From Neocallimastix sp. 'constans' (Eukaryota), in contig JBODTK010000123.1 of the NCBI GenBank assembly GCA_050613775.1, forward strand, positions 186,001-250,000: DNA of 64,000 nt, in the 5' to 3' direction. The notes under the pieces were generated by a model. That model had not been told where the DNA came from. It ran no database searches and worked only from the letters and a program-made list of their open reading frames with translations. A program made the translations under genes and the position numbers. This document shows positions 30,320-43,075 of this stretch, in pieces; position 1 is the first letter of the stretch, and each line of letters opens with the position of its first letter.

Positions 30320-30713
30320 ATTTTTGATATGCGGGACTTTTATGTGCAATAATTTATAAGCAGTGGGTTTTAAATAATGGTAGTTTAGTAAATTTTATTA
30401 ATAATATTATAATATTCGTACAATTAAAATAATAATTCTAATTCCTAAAAATTTACAAGAGAGTTCTCTATTTCTAATATAAATAATAAATCTATTTATA
30501 AGAAATAGGTAATATATTAATTATATATTCTAATATATAGAACTATATAAATTTTATATGAATTAAAGTATTATAATTATTATAATTATAATAATACATA
30601 TTGAAATAAAATAAAATAAAATAATTATTATCAAAAAGATATAAATTAAATATTTAATAATTAATATTAAATATACAAATATGTTACTACACATATTTGT
30701 TTTATATCAATTC

Positions 30714-32335
30714 TGATAAGCAGGACTTTTATATGTTATATATTGTATAATTAAATATTAATATCTTTTCCTAAATTATAACCAAATTAACTTCTTTATT
30801 TTAAATAAAATATGAAGAATGATTATTATTAGCATATAAAAATTATAGTTGAATAATATAAATATATAAAAAATAATATATAAGAATATAATATTAATAT
30901 AATAAATAATAACAACTATATATATTTAATTGTAATTAAATTAACTACAACTATTTCATTATATTATAATTTATAAAAATAATTATGTATTTTTAATATA
31001 AACTTTAAAATAAATAAGAATATTCAAGTTATATATAATAATAATATTATTTTATATATTTTGAAGAAATTGACTATATAAAACTATTATGGTTGACAAG
31101 GAGAAAAGTGGATAGTGCATTTATGATAAATAAATATATAAAATAATATGAATAAATATATAGTATAATTATTAAGTAGTAATCATTCTTCCTCAAATGA
31201 GATTTTTATATTAAAATATTATTTGTAAATTTTAGTATTTTTGTACCATCTAATTTTTTTATTAATATGTCAGCTAGTATGTTTTCTATGTCTATATATT
31301 TCAAATTTATTATCTCTATTGAAATGATATCTAACATCTATATTCTTTAATTTAGAATCAATTTTACTATTTTCCATTATATATTTACTTGCTTGATTAT
31401 CAGTATATATCTTTATATTTAATTTCTTATTTAATATTTCTTTAATTATGTTTCTTAATCAGAGTGTCTTCTTAACACTTTCTGAAGTATTTATATATTC
31501 AGCTTTTGAGGTAGAAGTAGCACATATTTACTTATTAGATATTCAATATATATGACTTTTTTCTCATTAAAATAGTTTCATCTGAAGTAGATTTTCTATC
31601 AGTCTTATCATCTCCGAAATCTGAGTCGGTGTAAGCAATTAATACCCCCTTTTCATCATATTCAATGTTATAATCTTTTGTACTATTTATATATTTCGAA
31701 ATGTTTATTACCTTGTTTCAGTCTGAAACTGTTGGTCGTTCTTATTTCCTGGAACTTTATTTCAGTTAAGATTTCCTTTGCTTGGTCTAACATTCTAATT
31801 ATTTCGTTTTTATGCTTTGGATTTAAACATTTGAGTATTTTAAGCCAGTACTCCATATCAATATTATCGTATTTTCCCTCGGGTCTTTCCATAATACAGT
31901 TACTGTTAGTTATGCGACTAATCTCTTTTAATATTTTTTTGATCAATATTTTTACTAATCATTAATATTAATTTGACATCTATTTTCTCGGTCTCTTTGA
32001 TAATACGTTTTTTTTTTTTTTTGGTTCTATTATCCAATAACGATTTAGAACATTATTGTTAACAACCGCTGGTACGTTATTTTTAACAGCCGGTAGTGCA
32101 TTATTGTGTATTTCAGTTGATGCTTTATTTTTTGCAATAATATTGAAAATGGCCCTGTCTGTTGCATCATTATCGTTTGGAATATAATAAAGAATTCATC
32201 ATTCAAAATAACCAATCCAATAATATCAGTTTTTCCAAAAATTCCTTAATATCATATGTTTTGGCAGTATTTGAAATAGGAAACTTCCACTTGTTGAAAT
32301 TGGACTTTCCCGTGAAAGCATTGATCTTTAGCTAA
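30714..32335 (-). mobile_element. Internally deleted Ty1/Copia remnant: gag fragment, RNase H fragment, PPT and putative 3' LTR (30714-31185)
   Basis: Minus-strand FTGKSNFNKWKF (gag N-terminus-like) and MERPEGKYDNIDMEYWLK (UBN2-like, ORF 31683-31946). These are followed by LIAYTDSDFGDDKTDRKSTS, ATSTSKAEYI, IYTDNQAS and KNIDVRYHF (Copia RNase H) with stops. The purine tract GAGGAAGAA abuts TG at 31185. No 5' LTR was found. Confidence 0.82.
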
Positions 32336-33035
32336 AGTTATTTATTATTTAGAGAATAAGAAATAATGAAAGAGGAATATAAATATTGCTATGAAAAATC
32401 TATTATCATTTTTTTTTTTTTTGTTTATTACTCCTTTTTTTTTTTTTTTTTTTTTTTAATTATTCATTATCATCGTATTTATTATTTAAAATATAAGGAA
32501 TAAAAAAAGAGGAATATAATATTTATATATGAATACTGATATTTATTATTTAAAATATAGGTGATAAAGCAAGAGGAATACTTACATATTTATTATAATT
32601 TATTATTTAAAGTATAAGGAGCAAAACAAAAAGAAAGAATTATTTAATTTAATTTAAACCATTTTTTTTTAATAAAAATGAAAAAGTATTATATATTTTT
32701 TTTCTTTTTTAAAGAAATTATTAAAAACAAAACAAAAATAAAAAAAGTTTATTTCAATATTGTTAAACTATTTATATATATATATAAATCATTATAAAAG
32801 ATGTCTTTTAACCCTACTAGATTTTACTGTATTTAAAAAGTATTTATTAATATTTTCCAGTATAAATAATATTTTGTTTTAATTTTTTGTATAAATATTG
32901 AATTAAGTAAAGTATATTTATAGGTTGGATTTAAATATTTCAATAAAAACAAAAACAAAAATAAAAAATAAAACTATGATAAAAATCAAAAATGACTATC
33001 AAAAAATGAGTTTTCTAAATATATAAATATATATA

Positions 33036-33069
<34 letters not shown>

Positions 33070-33925
33070 GTTGTTGTTGTTGTTGTTGTTGTTGGTACAA
33101 TATGTATATATATATATTAAATGAATCTAGAATAATGATAATATAAATTATTAATATTAATATAATATAATGTAATTAATTAAAAGTAATCAAGAACAAG
33201 CTACATTTTTAGTATAAATACATGTAAATTTCATTATGTAGAACATTGCTAATCATCTATTTATATTTACTAATAAATAAGCTTATTAATAAAACTTTAT
33301 ATAAAATAATAGATTAAGAGTCTCAGTGACTCTCTAGGATTCTCTAAAAGATGAATTCTGAGCTGGAGATAAATTATATCAAGAAGAAAGTTGTTGGAAT
33401 TGAAGAATGTCGAATACTCTACCAATAACCTGTGAAGATCTAACCTTTAGAAAATATGAAAATCGAGATAATGAAATCTCGAAATCTTGAAATTCAAAAT
33501 ATTTGTAACCTCCAACCAAAATTTAAGAACCTCTTAAGGAAATATTAAAGCTATATTTAGTTTTCAAGAAATAAGTTAAGATTACCCAAAGCAAAGGATG
33601 ATGAACACCAGGATTTTTTGAAAGTTCAAACTACGTTCATTCGCCAGATGAAATACCATGTTACCTCCAACGTATGAAGTGTAATATTGAATATTTAGAA
33701 AAAAAAATAGAAGAATCAAAAAAATTATAAAGCATATGAAAATACATTTTTTAAAAGAGTTAAAGAGTATAATACTTTAATAAAAATAGATAATTATAAA
33801 TTTAAGGAATTTAAATTATATATTAAAAAATAAGGAAATTACTGTAAAAATTCTAAGTAAAGGATGAACATTTTGAAAATATAAATAGATTTGCAATCAG
33901 AAAAAAAATAAATAAACTAATAAAA

Positions 33926-34228
33926 TTGCAATTTAAATCTATAATTAAACGGTTTACCGTAATCCTCATGATAATATGTTCTTTAATTATTATATTCTTT
34001 ATTGCAGTTAGTCGTGATTTACTTAAAGATCTTGGTGATATAACGTATCCATGGAATTACCCGATCCCACAAATTCTTTTTCCAATAGCAGTTTTTATTC
34101 TCACTATATTAACAATTATTACTACTTGGATAGGTTTAGGATGTAAATGTAGAAGTGTTCATGTTGAATATGATTTAGGAATGGAGAATCGAGATAATTT
34201 TTTATTTACAAAATTTAATCTATCATAG
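33926..34228 (+). CDS. Possible small two-TM membrane protein or gene fragment
   Basis: 100-codon ORF with two hydrophobic segments and coding-like composition. Non-ATG start and no recognised family. Confidence 0.3.
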   Translation: MQFKSIIKRFTVILMIICSLIIIFFIAVSRDLLKDLGDITYPWNYPIPQILFPIAVFILTILTIITTWIGLGCKCRSVHVEYDLGMENRDNFLFTKFNLS

Positions 34229-34629
34229 GAAACAAAACTTTTTTTTATATATATTTCTAAGATAATAGATTTATTGAACTATTTAATATTTCTATATTTT
34301 TATAAATTTTAAAAAATACCATTTATTGAACTATTTAATATTTCCATATTTTTATAATCAACATAATTTTATAAAATATACATTATTATATAATTTTTAG
34401 TATTTTTTTTTTTTTATTTAATTTTGGTTATATTATTTTATACTATATTATTTTTATTATAATGCATTTATATTGCTTTTAATACTTTTATAATTTTTTA
34501 ATATTTATTATTTCTTTTTTTATTTATTTGTTTGTTTGTTTTAATTACTATAAAATATTTATATAACATTTTTTCTCTTATATTTTTTCTGTTATATTTT
34601 TTCTCTTTATTTATATTTTCTATAAGATC

Positions 34630-35165
34630 AACTAATTTATATCTGCTCCATGTTCAACTAAATACTTTATTAAATTTTCGTTTCCTCTTTTTATTGCACG
34701 AAATTGCGGTATTTCTTTATTAATATCTGCTCCATGTTCAACTAAATATTTCACTAGATTTCCATTTCCACTTTTACGTGCCATAATTAAAGGTGTATCA
34801 CCATTACGTTATTTGTCATTTATATCAGCTCCAAGTTCAACTAAATATTTTACAAGACTTTTATTTCCACTTTTACATGTCATAAATAAAGGTGAATAAC
34901 CGTTCATATTTACTATTTTTATATTGATACCATGTTCAACTAAATATTTTACAATTTTTTCATTTCCTTCTTCTTCTTCACATGCACCATATAATGGTGT
35001 TTCATTAAATTTATTTTCTTTATTTACATCGGCTCCAAGTTCAACTAAATATTTTACAAGATTTTCATTTCCACCTTTGCATGCCATAAATAATGGTGAA
35101 TAATCGTTCATATCTACTATTTTTATATTGGCACCATATTGATTTACTTTATTTACATCGGCCTT
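34630..35165 (-). pseudogene. Ankyrin-repeat gene fragment
   Basis: SPLFMACKGGNENLVKYLVELGADVN-type repeats. There is an in-frame stop at 34809-34811 and the ankyrin pattern continues beyond it (DTPLIMARKSGNGNLVKYLVEHGADIN). No clear 5' part. Confidence 0.75.
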
Positions 35166-35794
35166 GGTGTGTCGCTAACAATGGTTATACATGTTGTTTT
35201 TGTCCTCCATATAGTTCGTCTTGGTATTGTTGTGATACTGTTGATATAAAAGAACAATATTAACTCATGTGATCCACTTATGAAATGAAATACTCCAATT
35301 ATATAAACATATTAAATAATTTTGAATTATCATTATATTAAATCTCCATTTAAATATATTTTACCATCATATTAACTTACTAAATATTTTTAATATATTC
35401 ACACTCATTATTAAAATATTAATATTATCCATGATTTGGCAATTACATATTATATTTTAGAATTTTCAATATTTTGTCAACTTTTCATAAAATTATACCT
35501 TATGCGACTTAAATAATATCTATTTAAATTACCATAAATTTAATTCCATACTCAAAACTATAAATACTCGTGGACAGAGAAAAGAAAAGAAACATAGAAT
35601 ATGTGAATGTATTAAAATATACAATAATATTTAGCCTATTTAAAGAGGTTAATCACAAACGCACATATTAAATCCACTTATATTTCAAAATAGTACTAGA
35701 ATATACAACATTAATTTATAATTTGGTTTGAATTAATATATAATAAATTACGTATAAATGAAAGAAATTATAATTAAGTACTACTAATAGTATT

Positions 35795-36050
35795 GTTCCT
35801 ACACCATATTGGTACAACGTCGGCACTCTTGGTACTGAAATATTTCTTACTAAGTCGATCAAAAAGTTAGCTCTAAGCGGGCTACTAATGATAGATATTG
35901 TTTTAGCAAGATAATGCGCAAGTCCCACAGTATACGGGAACGGTAGACCCCCCCTTGTGAACTGTATAAGAGTTGTTCACTTAAATGTCTCCGCCTTCCC
36001 AGTATCGAATTGTAGCTCATCTAAAGCTGGAATTCTACCAGGAAGGAATA
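35795..36050. other. GC-elevated non-coding island with hairpins; identity unknown
   Basis: About 250 bp of raised GC. Hairpins include gtgaac...gttcac (35957-35980) and tcccacagtatacggga, and the ends are partly complementary. Confidence 0.3.
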
Positions 36051-36244
36051 TATTAATATAATATATTACATATTATATATTTACACACTTCATTGATTTA
36101 TTTATTAATTCTTTTTGTCAATATTTATTTTTTGTAGTATAAAGATATTTTTTCCCCATTTGTTTTTCTTTTTATTATTCTTTATATATATATATTCTAT
36201 ATATCAATAAAAAATATAATCATACTAAAATTATCATATAAGAA

Positions 36245-36255
36245 GATAATAATAA

Positions 36256-36316
<61 letters not shown>

Positions 36317-36410
36317 GTAATAGTAATAATAATAATAATAGTAGTAATAGTAGTAATATTAATAATAATAATAATAGTGGTAATAGTAGTAATATTAATA
36401 ATAATAACAT
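36245..36410. repeat. (AAT/AGT)n microsatellite
   Basis: Read directly from the sequence. Confidence 0.9.
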
Positions 36411-36809
36411 ATAAATAAATGAAAAATTTAATTATACTTTAATATTTTTTTTATAAAAAGAATAAAATTTTACTTTTAAATCTTTTATTTTTTTTATTTT
36501 TTTATATTTTTTTTTTTTTATTTTATTTTTTTTTTATTCTATTTCAAAAAGTATATTTTTTTAAAAAAATAATTTATTAATATTCAAAATTTTTTTTATT
36601 TGATAATATAATATTGTTATTAATAATAAAACTAAAAAAAAAGTATTATAACTAATTTAACTAAATATAAATTTATGATTTAAATAGAATAAAATAAAAT
36701 AAATGAAAATATGAATTTTTACTTTTAATTATATATATATACATATATATAATTTAATAAAAATATATTTTTTATCCATTAATTTATTAAATATTTTTTA
36801 TTTATCAAT

Positions 36810-37228
36810 TTATTTGAAATCTGGTAAAATTTCTTTTGCATTCTTATTTTGTAAAATGTAACGAGTATTACCAGCAACACTATCATATATCTAAAAATAA
36901 AAAAAAAATTAAAAATAATATAACATTAATATTTTTAGATAAAATAATAATATTTTATTATTATTGCTTATTGTATGGTAATCATTGTCATAAAAAAAAT
37001 ATTTTAAATAAATCTATAATATTTACTTCAAAACAAGGAATATTCTTTCCTTTATAATCATCATAACCAGATTTAAATACTTCAGGGTGTTGTTCAAGGA
37101 ATTTAGTCATAGCTGGATAAACTATGAATTGAAATATAAATAATAAATAAATTAATAAATATATAAAAATGTAAAAATGTAAAAAAAATTTTTTTTTACT
37201 TTATTCATAGATTATAGTATTTAATCAA

Positions 37229-37294
<66 letters not shown>

Positions 37295-38156
37295 TTTTTA
37301 AGGTATATGTATATAATTTCATTAAATCTATTACCTCTCATTGGAGCACACATCATTGAGAAAGGTTCTAAAATTTTCATATTAGTATATGGATAGTAAG
37401 CTTGAAGACTTTCGTCATTTTCTTCAATTTCAATAATTTCAAGTTCCATTTCCTTAAGTTTATTTAAGGTTTCTTCATTTGGATTTTTAATAATTGCTCC
37501 AACAAATGAACGTAATTTATCTTTTTTTATATTATATATATTATAATATATATATATATATAATATTTTGTTTTGTTTTGTTATATTAAATATAAATATA
37601 AGAAAATAATAATAATAATAATATTATGATTAATATTAATAATTTAGGTTATTTATAAATATTTTTTATAATAAAAAATGATTTTTTATTTTTAAAGGAT
37701 CAATAATATCTTTAATATTTACCAGCTGGAACATTTTGAACTTGATCAAAGTAAAGACCAATATATATAACATCAATATTGGCTTCTGTTATTTTCTTTT
37801 CTAATTCATTGAATGGTTTTCCAGTATTTTGATATGGACCTTTTTTATTATAATTATATTATTTTTTATTTTATTTTAGTTTTTGAAAAATAAAAAAAGA
37901 AAAGAAATTAATAATTAAAGTCAAAACATTTCAAAATTATTATTATATTTATTATTTTATTTATTTCAAATATAAGTAAAAAAAAAGGAGAAATAAAATT
38001 ATCTATAAGCTAACCTTTAAATCGAATACCAGCTACAGTCATTTTTGGTACTTTATCTCTTATAACATTAATTTTGTAAAAGAATCCTAATTCATGCATT
38101 ATATAACCAATAAAAGTGGCAATAATAAATATGATTGAATTTAAAATAAAACTCAT
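36810..38156 (-). CDS. TEX264-like protein (N-terminal membrane anchor plus GyrI-like domain); exons 38156-38015, 37839-37723, 37520-37335, 37121-37027, 36890-36810
   Basis: Absent from the ORF track and reconstructed through four GT-AG introns: MSFILNSIIFIIATFIGYIMHELGFF...FKGPYQNTGKPFNEL...IGLYFDQVQNVPADKLRSFVGAII...AYYPY...APMRVYPAMTKFL...PCFEIYD...*. The pattern matches TEX264/GyrI-like proteins. Confidence 0.75.
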
Positions 38157-39150
38157 TATTATTTTTTTTATAAAGAACAAAGAAAATTAAAGTTAAAAAT
38201 AAATTTTTTATGTTAAGTGTATGTGAAGTAGAACAAAAAAATGTTAATATTAAAATAAGTAATTAAAATACAAAAAAAAAAAAAAAAAAAGAAAGAAAAT
38301 TTTCTTGTTTTTATATTCCATTTATTGTTAAGGATATTTTTTTTTTTATTTTTATTATTATTATTATACATTTAGTGATATTACTTCGCCACCAATAAAA
38401 GATGATTATAATCAAAAATTATAATAGATTTCAATAAAATTATTATTTATTATTATATATTAACTTTAGGTTTTTTCTTTTTTTTATTATTTTTAATTAA
38501 AAATTAAATTCTGATTGATTATTGGATAGGATAGTTTTTTTTTTTTTTTTAAAAAATTTTCCAATGTAATTTAGAAAAATTATAAAAAAGTAAAAAAAAA
38601 AATAAAAAAAAAGACATTGAACATTATATTATAAAAACGCCATTGAACAAATTTGTATTTATAATAATTAAAAAAAAATAATAAAATAAAAAGCAAACAT
38701 CCTTGTTTTATATATAAATTATAAGTATATAATTTTTTTATTTCTTAAGAAAAAGATTTTCTAAATTGAATAAGCTATTATTATAATTTATTAATTTATA
38801 ATTATCATTATTTATTACTATCATTATTTATTATTATTATTATTTATTATTATCATTATTTATTATTTATTATTTATTATTTATTATTTATTATTCAATT
38901 ATTTATTATTATTTATTATTTTTGTTATATTAAAAAAAATTAAAAAATGAAAATTTAATATTGATTTTAAGTTTATTTTTAGAATTTTTCTTTTTTTCTT
39001 TTTATTTTTCTAAAACTTCGAATTTGGTTAGATTATTGGATGACGTTTTTTATTTATTTATCTTATTTATTTTATTTATTTATTTCTCTAATAAAAAGTA
39101 TTAAAGTATTAAAAAAAAAAAAACCTATCCTAAATTTAGTTACTTTCACA

Positions 39151-39202
<52 letters not shown>

Positions 39203-39621
39203 AAGGATAAATAAAATAAAATTATTTCTTAAAAAAATATTTGAAAACATTTTTCTATTTTTCCATTTTTTTTTTTTTTGTATTATTATCTGTTTTTCAT
39301 CATATTTCATCATATAAAAAGGTTTATTTTTATATTTTATTTTTTATATTTTAAAATTAAAATTCCACTATTAAAAAATAAAAAAAAAAAGTTTTTTTTT
39401 TTCATTAATTGTGGAGTAATTTAAAATTAATATTACATTTAATGTAGATTGTTTAAATCAAAAAATATCATTAATTGTTGCTTTCAATTTTTTTTTTTTT
39501 TTTTATTATATATATCTAATGTGTTATAAATTAGAAGGTATTATTTTTTTTTTAATATTACATGTTTAATATAGAATGTAGTAAGTACAACTTAAATAAT
39601 TTTAAAACAAAATAATAAAAA

Positions 39622-39672
<51 letters not shown>

Positions 39673-40065
39673 TTTAGAAAGAATAATACTAAATAAAATT
39701 ATTCTATTTTTTTTTTTTTTTTTTTTTTTTGAAAATTTTTACTTCACCACAATTTTATGTTAAATTTTCGATTTTTTTTTTTTTTTTTTTTTATTTTTAA
39801 TTATCAAAAAACATATTAATATAAATTATTATTGTTAAGGAGTCAATATAAAATATGATATTTACGATATATTATTTCATAATTAAAATTTATTTATTTT
39901 TTATTTATATATATAATTCAATAAAATCTTTAAAAAAACTCCAAATATTAATTTTATAATTTTTCTTTTTATATTTTACATATAAGTTATTATATAACCA
40001 AACATTATTAATATTTATAATACTTTTATGTATAAAAATCATGTACTATCATTTCATTCAATAAT

Positions 40066-41409
40066 TTCGTTACGTTCTCTCTCGCCTGATTTCGAACTCT
40101 ACGCAGTCGCAAGCTTTGTGCTCGAGTCTCACTTGGCTTCTTTCACTTCACTACATTTAACCGTTAATTCATTCTCTTATGATTTTTGATAATTATTATT
40201 ATTTTTATTTTTATTTTTGTTTTATTTTTATATTTAATTTGGTGTAGTTTTTATGAATATTTTATGTCAAAACCTATATCGTTTATATTTTATTAATTAT
40301 AGGTCCAGAAATTTAAAATAACAATATAGCATAATTTAACATAAATGAACGATAAAAACGCTATTGTTTAATGAATGATAAAACCGGTATTGTTTTTATA
40401 TAATGATAGCGATTTTAGCATATAGCAAACCTAACTAGTTTAATGTATATTTAGCATATATTGATCATATTAATGTTGTAGATCACTAATTGTTCAAACT
40501 AGCTAGGTTTTGCATAACTAACATACATATATCATATACAGATATCAACATATGCATAATCAGCGATAAAACTAATATAATAATATGTGTGTGATTTGCA
40601 ACCTGAATATATATATTTGATATAGTTTGGTAGTTAATAGTTCATATACATATATAAACTATGATTGTTAATGCTGAATTTGAATGCCTTTTGATACTAA
40701 AATTAGCATAAAACATATATCAAACAACAATGCTAAAACATACATGATTTATATATAATGATGGTAGTTTAAGGCATTCAAATTCGATTAGGTTTTTAGC
40801 ATAAATATTGTATAAAAACTATATCGTTTATATATTATTAATATAAGGTCCAATTTGTAATTTGTATTTGAATGCCAATTTGTACAATTTTTAGTAAAAA
40901 TCATATATGTGTACAATTGCAATCTGATACCTGTTTTTGATTAGTTTTAGCAGTTTTTGGCATTCAAATACATTGATTATGTTTTAGCATATATATTGAT
41001 ATAAATGATATGGTTTGATTGATTGTATTTGTTTGCCATTTTACCATTAATTTATCATAAAATATATATGATTTTGATGGTTTGAATTGATACTGTTTTT
41101 GAACTATATTTGTATAGTTTTGGCATATAAATACAATATTCCAACATTCTGGACCTTATATTAATTAATTAAGATATATGGTTTTGATGCTAAAGCTATG
41201 CTAAAAATAGTATCAAAATCAATCAATCAAAAATAAAATAAAAATAAAATAAAATACAATTAATTTGATATTCACACAAATGCATAGTTTTAGCATAACT
41301 ATAGCAAAAAAACCATATGATTTAAAACCCTAAAAACATTTCTCTAATTTCTCTCTCTTATTTATTGATTACATTTCGCTCACTCTCGCCTGATCTCGAA
41401 CTCTACGCA
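40066..41409. mobile_element. Non-coding ~1.3-kb foldback-type element bounded by 27-bp GC-rich direct repeats
   Basis: ctctcgcctgat(t/c)tcgaactctacgca occurs at 40079-40105 and 41383-41409. There are several internal inverted-repeat pairs and a recurring ttttagcata motif. Confidence 0.55.
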
Positions 41410-42104
41410 TAAAAAAACCAATTAATTATAATAAATAATTAAATAATAATTAATAATTAATAAATAATAATAATTAATAAATAATAATAAATAATAATAA
41501 TAATAAATAATAATAATAAATAATATATGAAATGTTGTTGAAATTAATTTGACAAAATATTAATAATATAGGGTGGAAAAGTTACATTTTTTTTTTTTTT
41601 CTTTTTTTCTTTTTTTTTTTTTTTTTTTTAAAAAAAATAAAAAGCACCATAAGAAATATGCAAGAATACAATTTTAAATTTTATTAGATTTATTATTGCT
41701 ATTTTACTAGCCTATTCACACTCTTATTTATATTTTTTATTATCATTTATTAATTTTATGAGATTTATGATTATTATTATTATTACTAATTGTTTTATTT
41801 TTCTTTTTTTCCTTTTTTTATATCTATAGTTATTTTCTTATTATTTTAAATAAAAATATAATTACTTTATCAATTCTGGATATAAATAAATATTAATGAT
41901 AATAAATAAAAAATATATAGTTTAAAATTTTTATTAATATTTTTTATATTTAAAAATAAAAAATTTTAAAATTTACATAATATTTAAAAAGTATGGTTCT
42001 TAGATTTTCATGAAGCTTTATTAACAGCAAATAGAACATCAAGTCAAGTACAAAGTTCAAAGTACATAAGGCTTCCTATGGCTTGTTTGTATTTTGTAAC
42101 ATTA

Positions 42105-43075
42105 AAATATATTAAAATATACCTTTAAAATTAAATATTATTAAGTATTTTATTATTATTTTTTTTTTTAAAAAAGTATTATTTTATTATTTTATTATTT
42201 TATTATTTTATTATTTTAATATTTTAATATTTTATTATTTTATTATTTTATAATTTTATAATTTTATAATTTTATTATTTTTAACCAAAAATATAAAATA
42301 TATCTTTAAAATTAAATATTATTAAGTATTTTATTATTATTTAAAAAAATATTAATTTATTAATTTATTATTTTATTATTTTATTATTGTATTATTTTAA
42401 TATTTTAATATTTTAATATTTTAATATTTTAATATTTTAATATTTTAATATTTTATTATTTTATAATTTTATAATTTTATATTTTATTATTTTTAACCAA
42501 AAATATTAAAATATATCTTTAAAATTAAATATTATTAAGTATTTTATTATTATTTAAAAAAAATATTAATTTATTATTATTTTAATATTTTAATATTTTA
42601 ATATTTTAATATTTTAATATTTTAATATTTTATAATTTTATTATTTTTAACCAAAATATTAAAATAAATATTAAATATTAATAAATATTTTATTATTATT
42701 TTTAATAAAAAAATATTAAAATATATCTTTAAAATTAAATATTATTTAGTATTTTATTGTTATTTTAACAAAAAGTATTAAATTAATAAAAAAAAATAAT
42801 ATTTAATTTTAAAAAATATACTTTAATACCTTTTCTAAGATTAAATATTATTTTTTTTTATTAACAAAAAACAATAAAATATATCTTTAAAATTAAATAT
42901 TATTAAATATTATTCTAATAAAAAAATATTAAAATATATACTTGAATTAAATATTATTTTTATATTATTTCAACAAAAAAAAATATTAAAAGACAATTTT
43001 AAAATAATATTTATCTATTAAAAAAATATTAAAATATAATTTTAAAATAATATTTATCTATTAAATATAATTTAA
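42105..43075. repeat. AT-rich degenerate minisatellite
   Basis: Recurrent unit 'aaaatatatctttaaaattaaatattattaagtattttattattattt' separated by (attttaat)n runs. Confidence 0.75.

Larger units (their letters stand above)
27812..30709 (-). mobile_element. Non-autonomous LTR retrotransposon (~2.9 kb), Ty3/Gypsy-like; LTRs 27812-28189 and 30325-30709
   Basis: Near-identical direct repeats with TG...CA ends and TSD ATTC (27808-27811, 30710-30713). A PBS-like motif lies next to the 5' LTR. The single internal ORF lacks RT and integrase. Confidence 0.92.

Noticed and set aside
28902..31965. Plus-strand ORFs at 28902, 29160 and 31678
   Set aside because: Antisense shadows of retroelement ORFs.
40079..43075. 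CRISPR-like repeat-spacer array
   Set aside because: Eukaryotic context. The repeats are either only two copies or degenerate satellites without unique regular spacers, and there are no cas genes.
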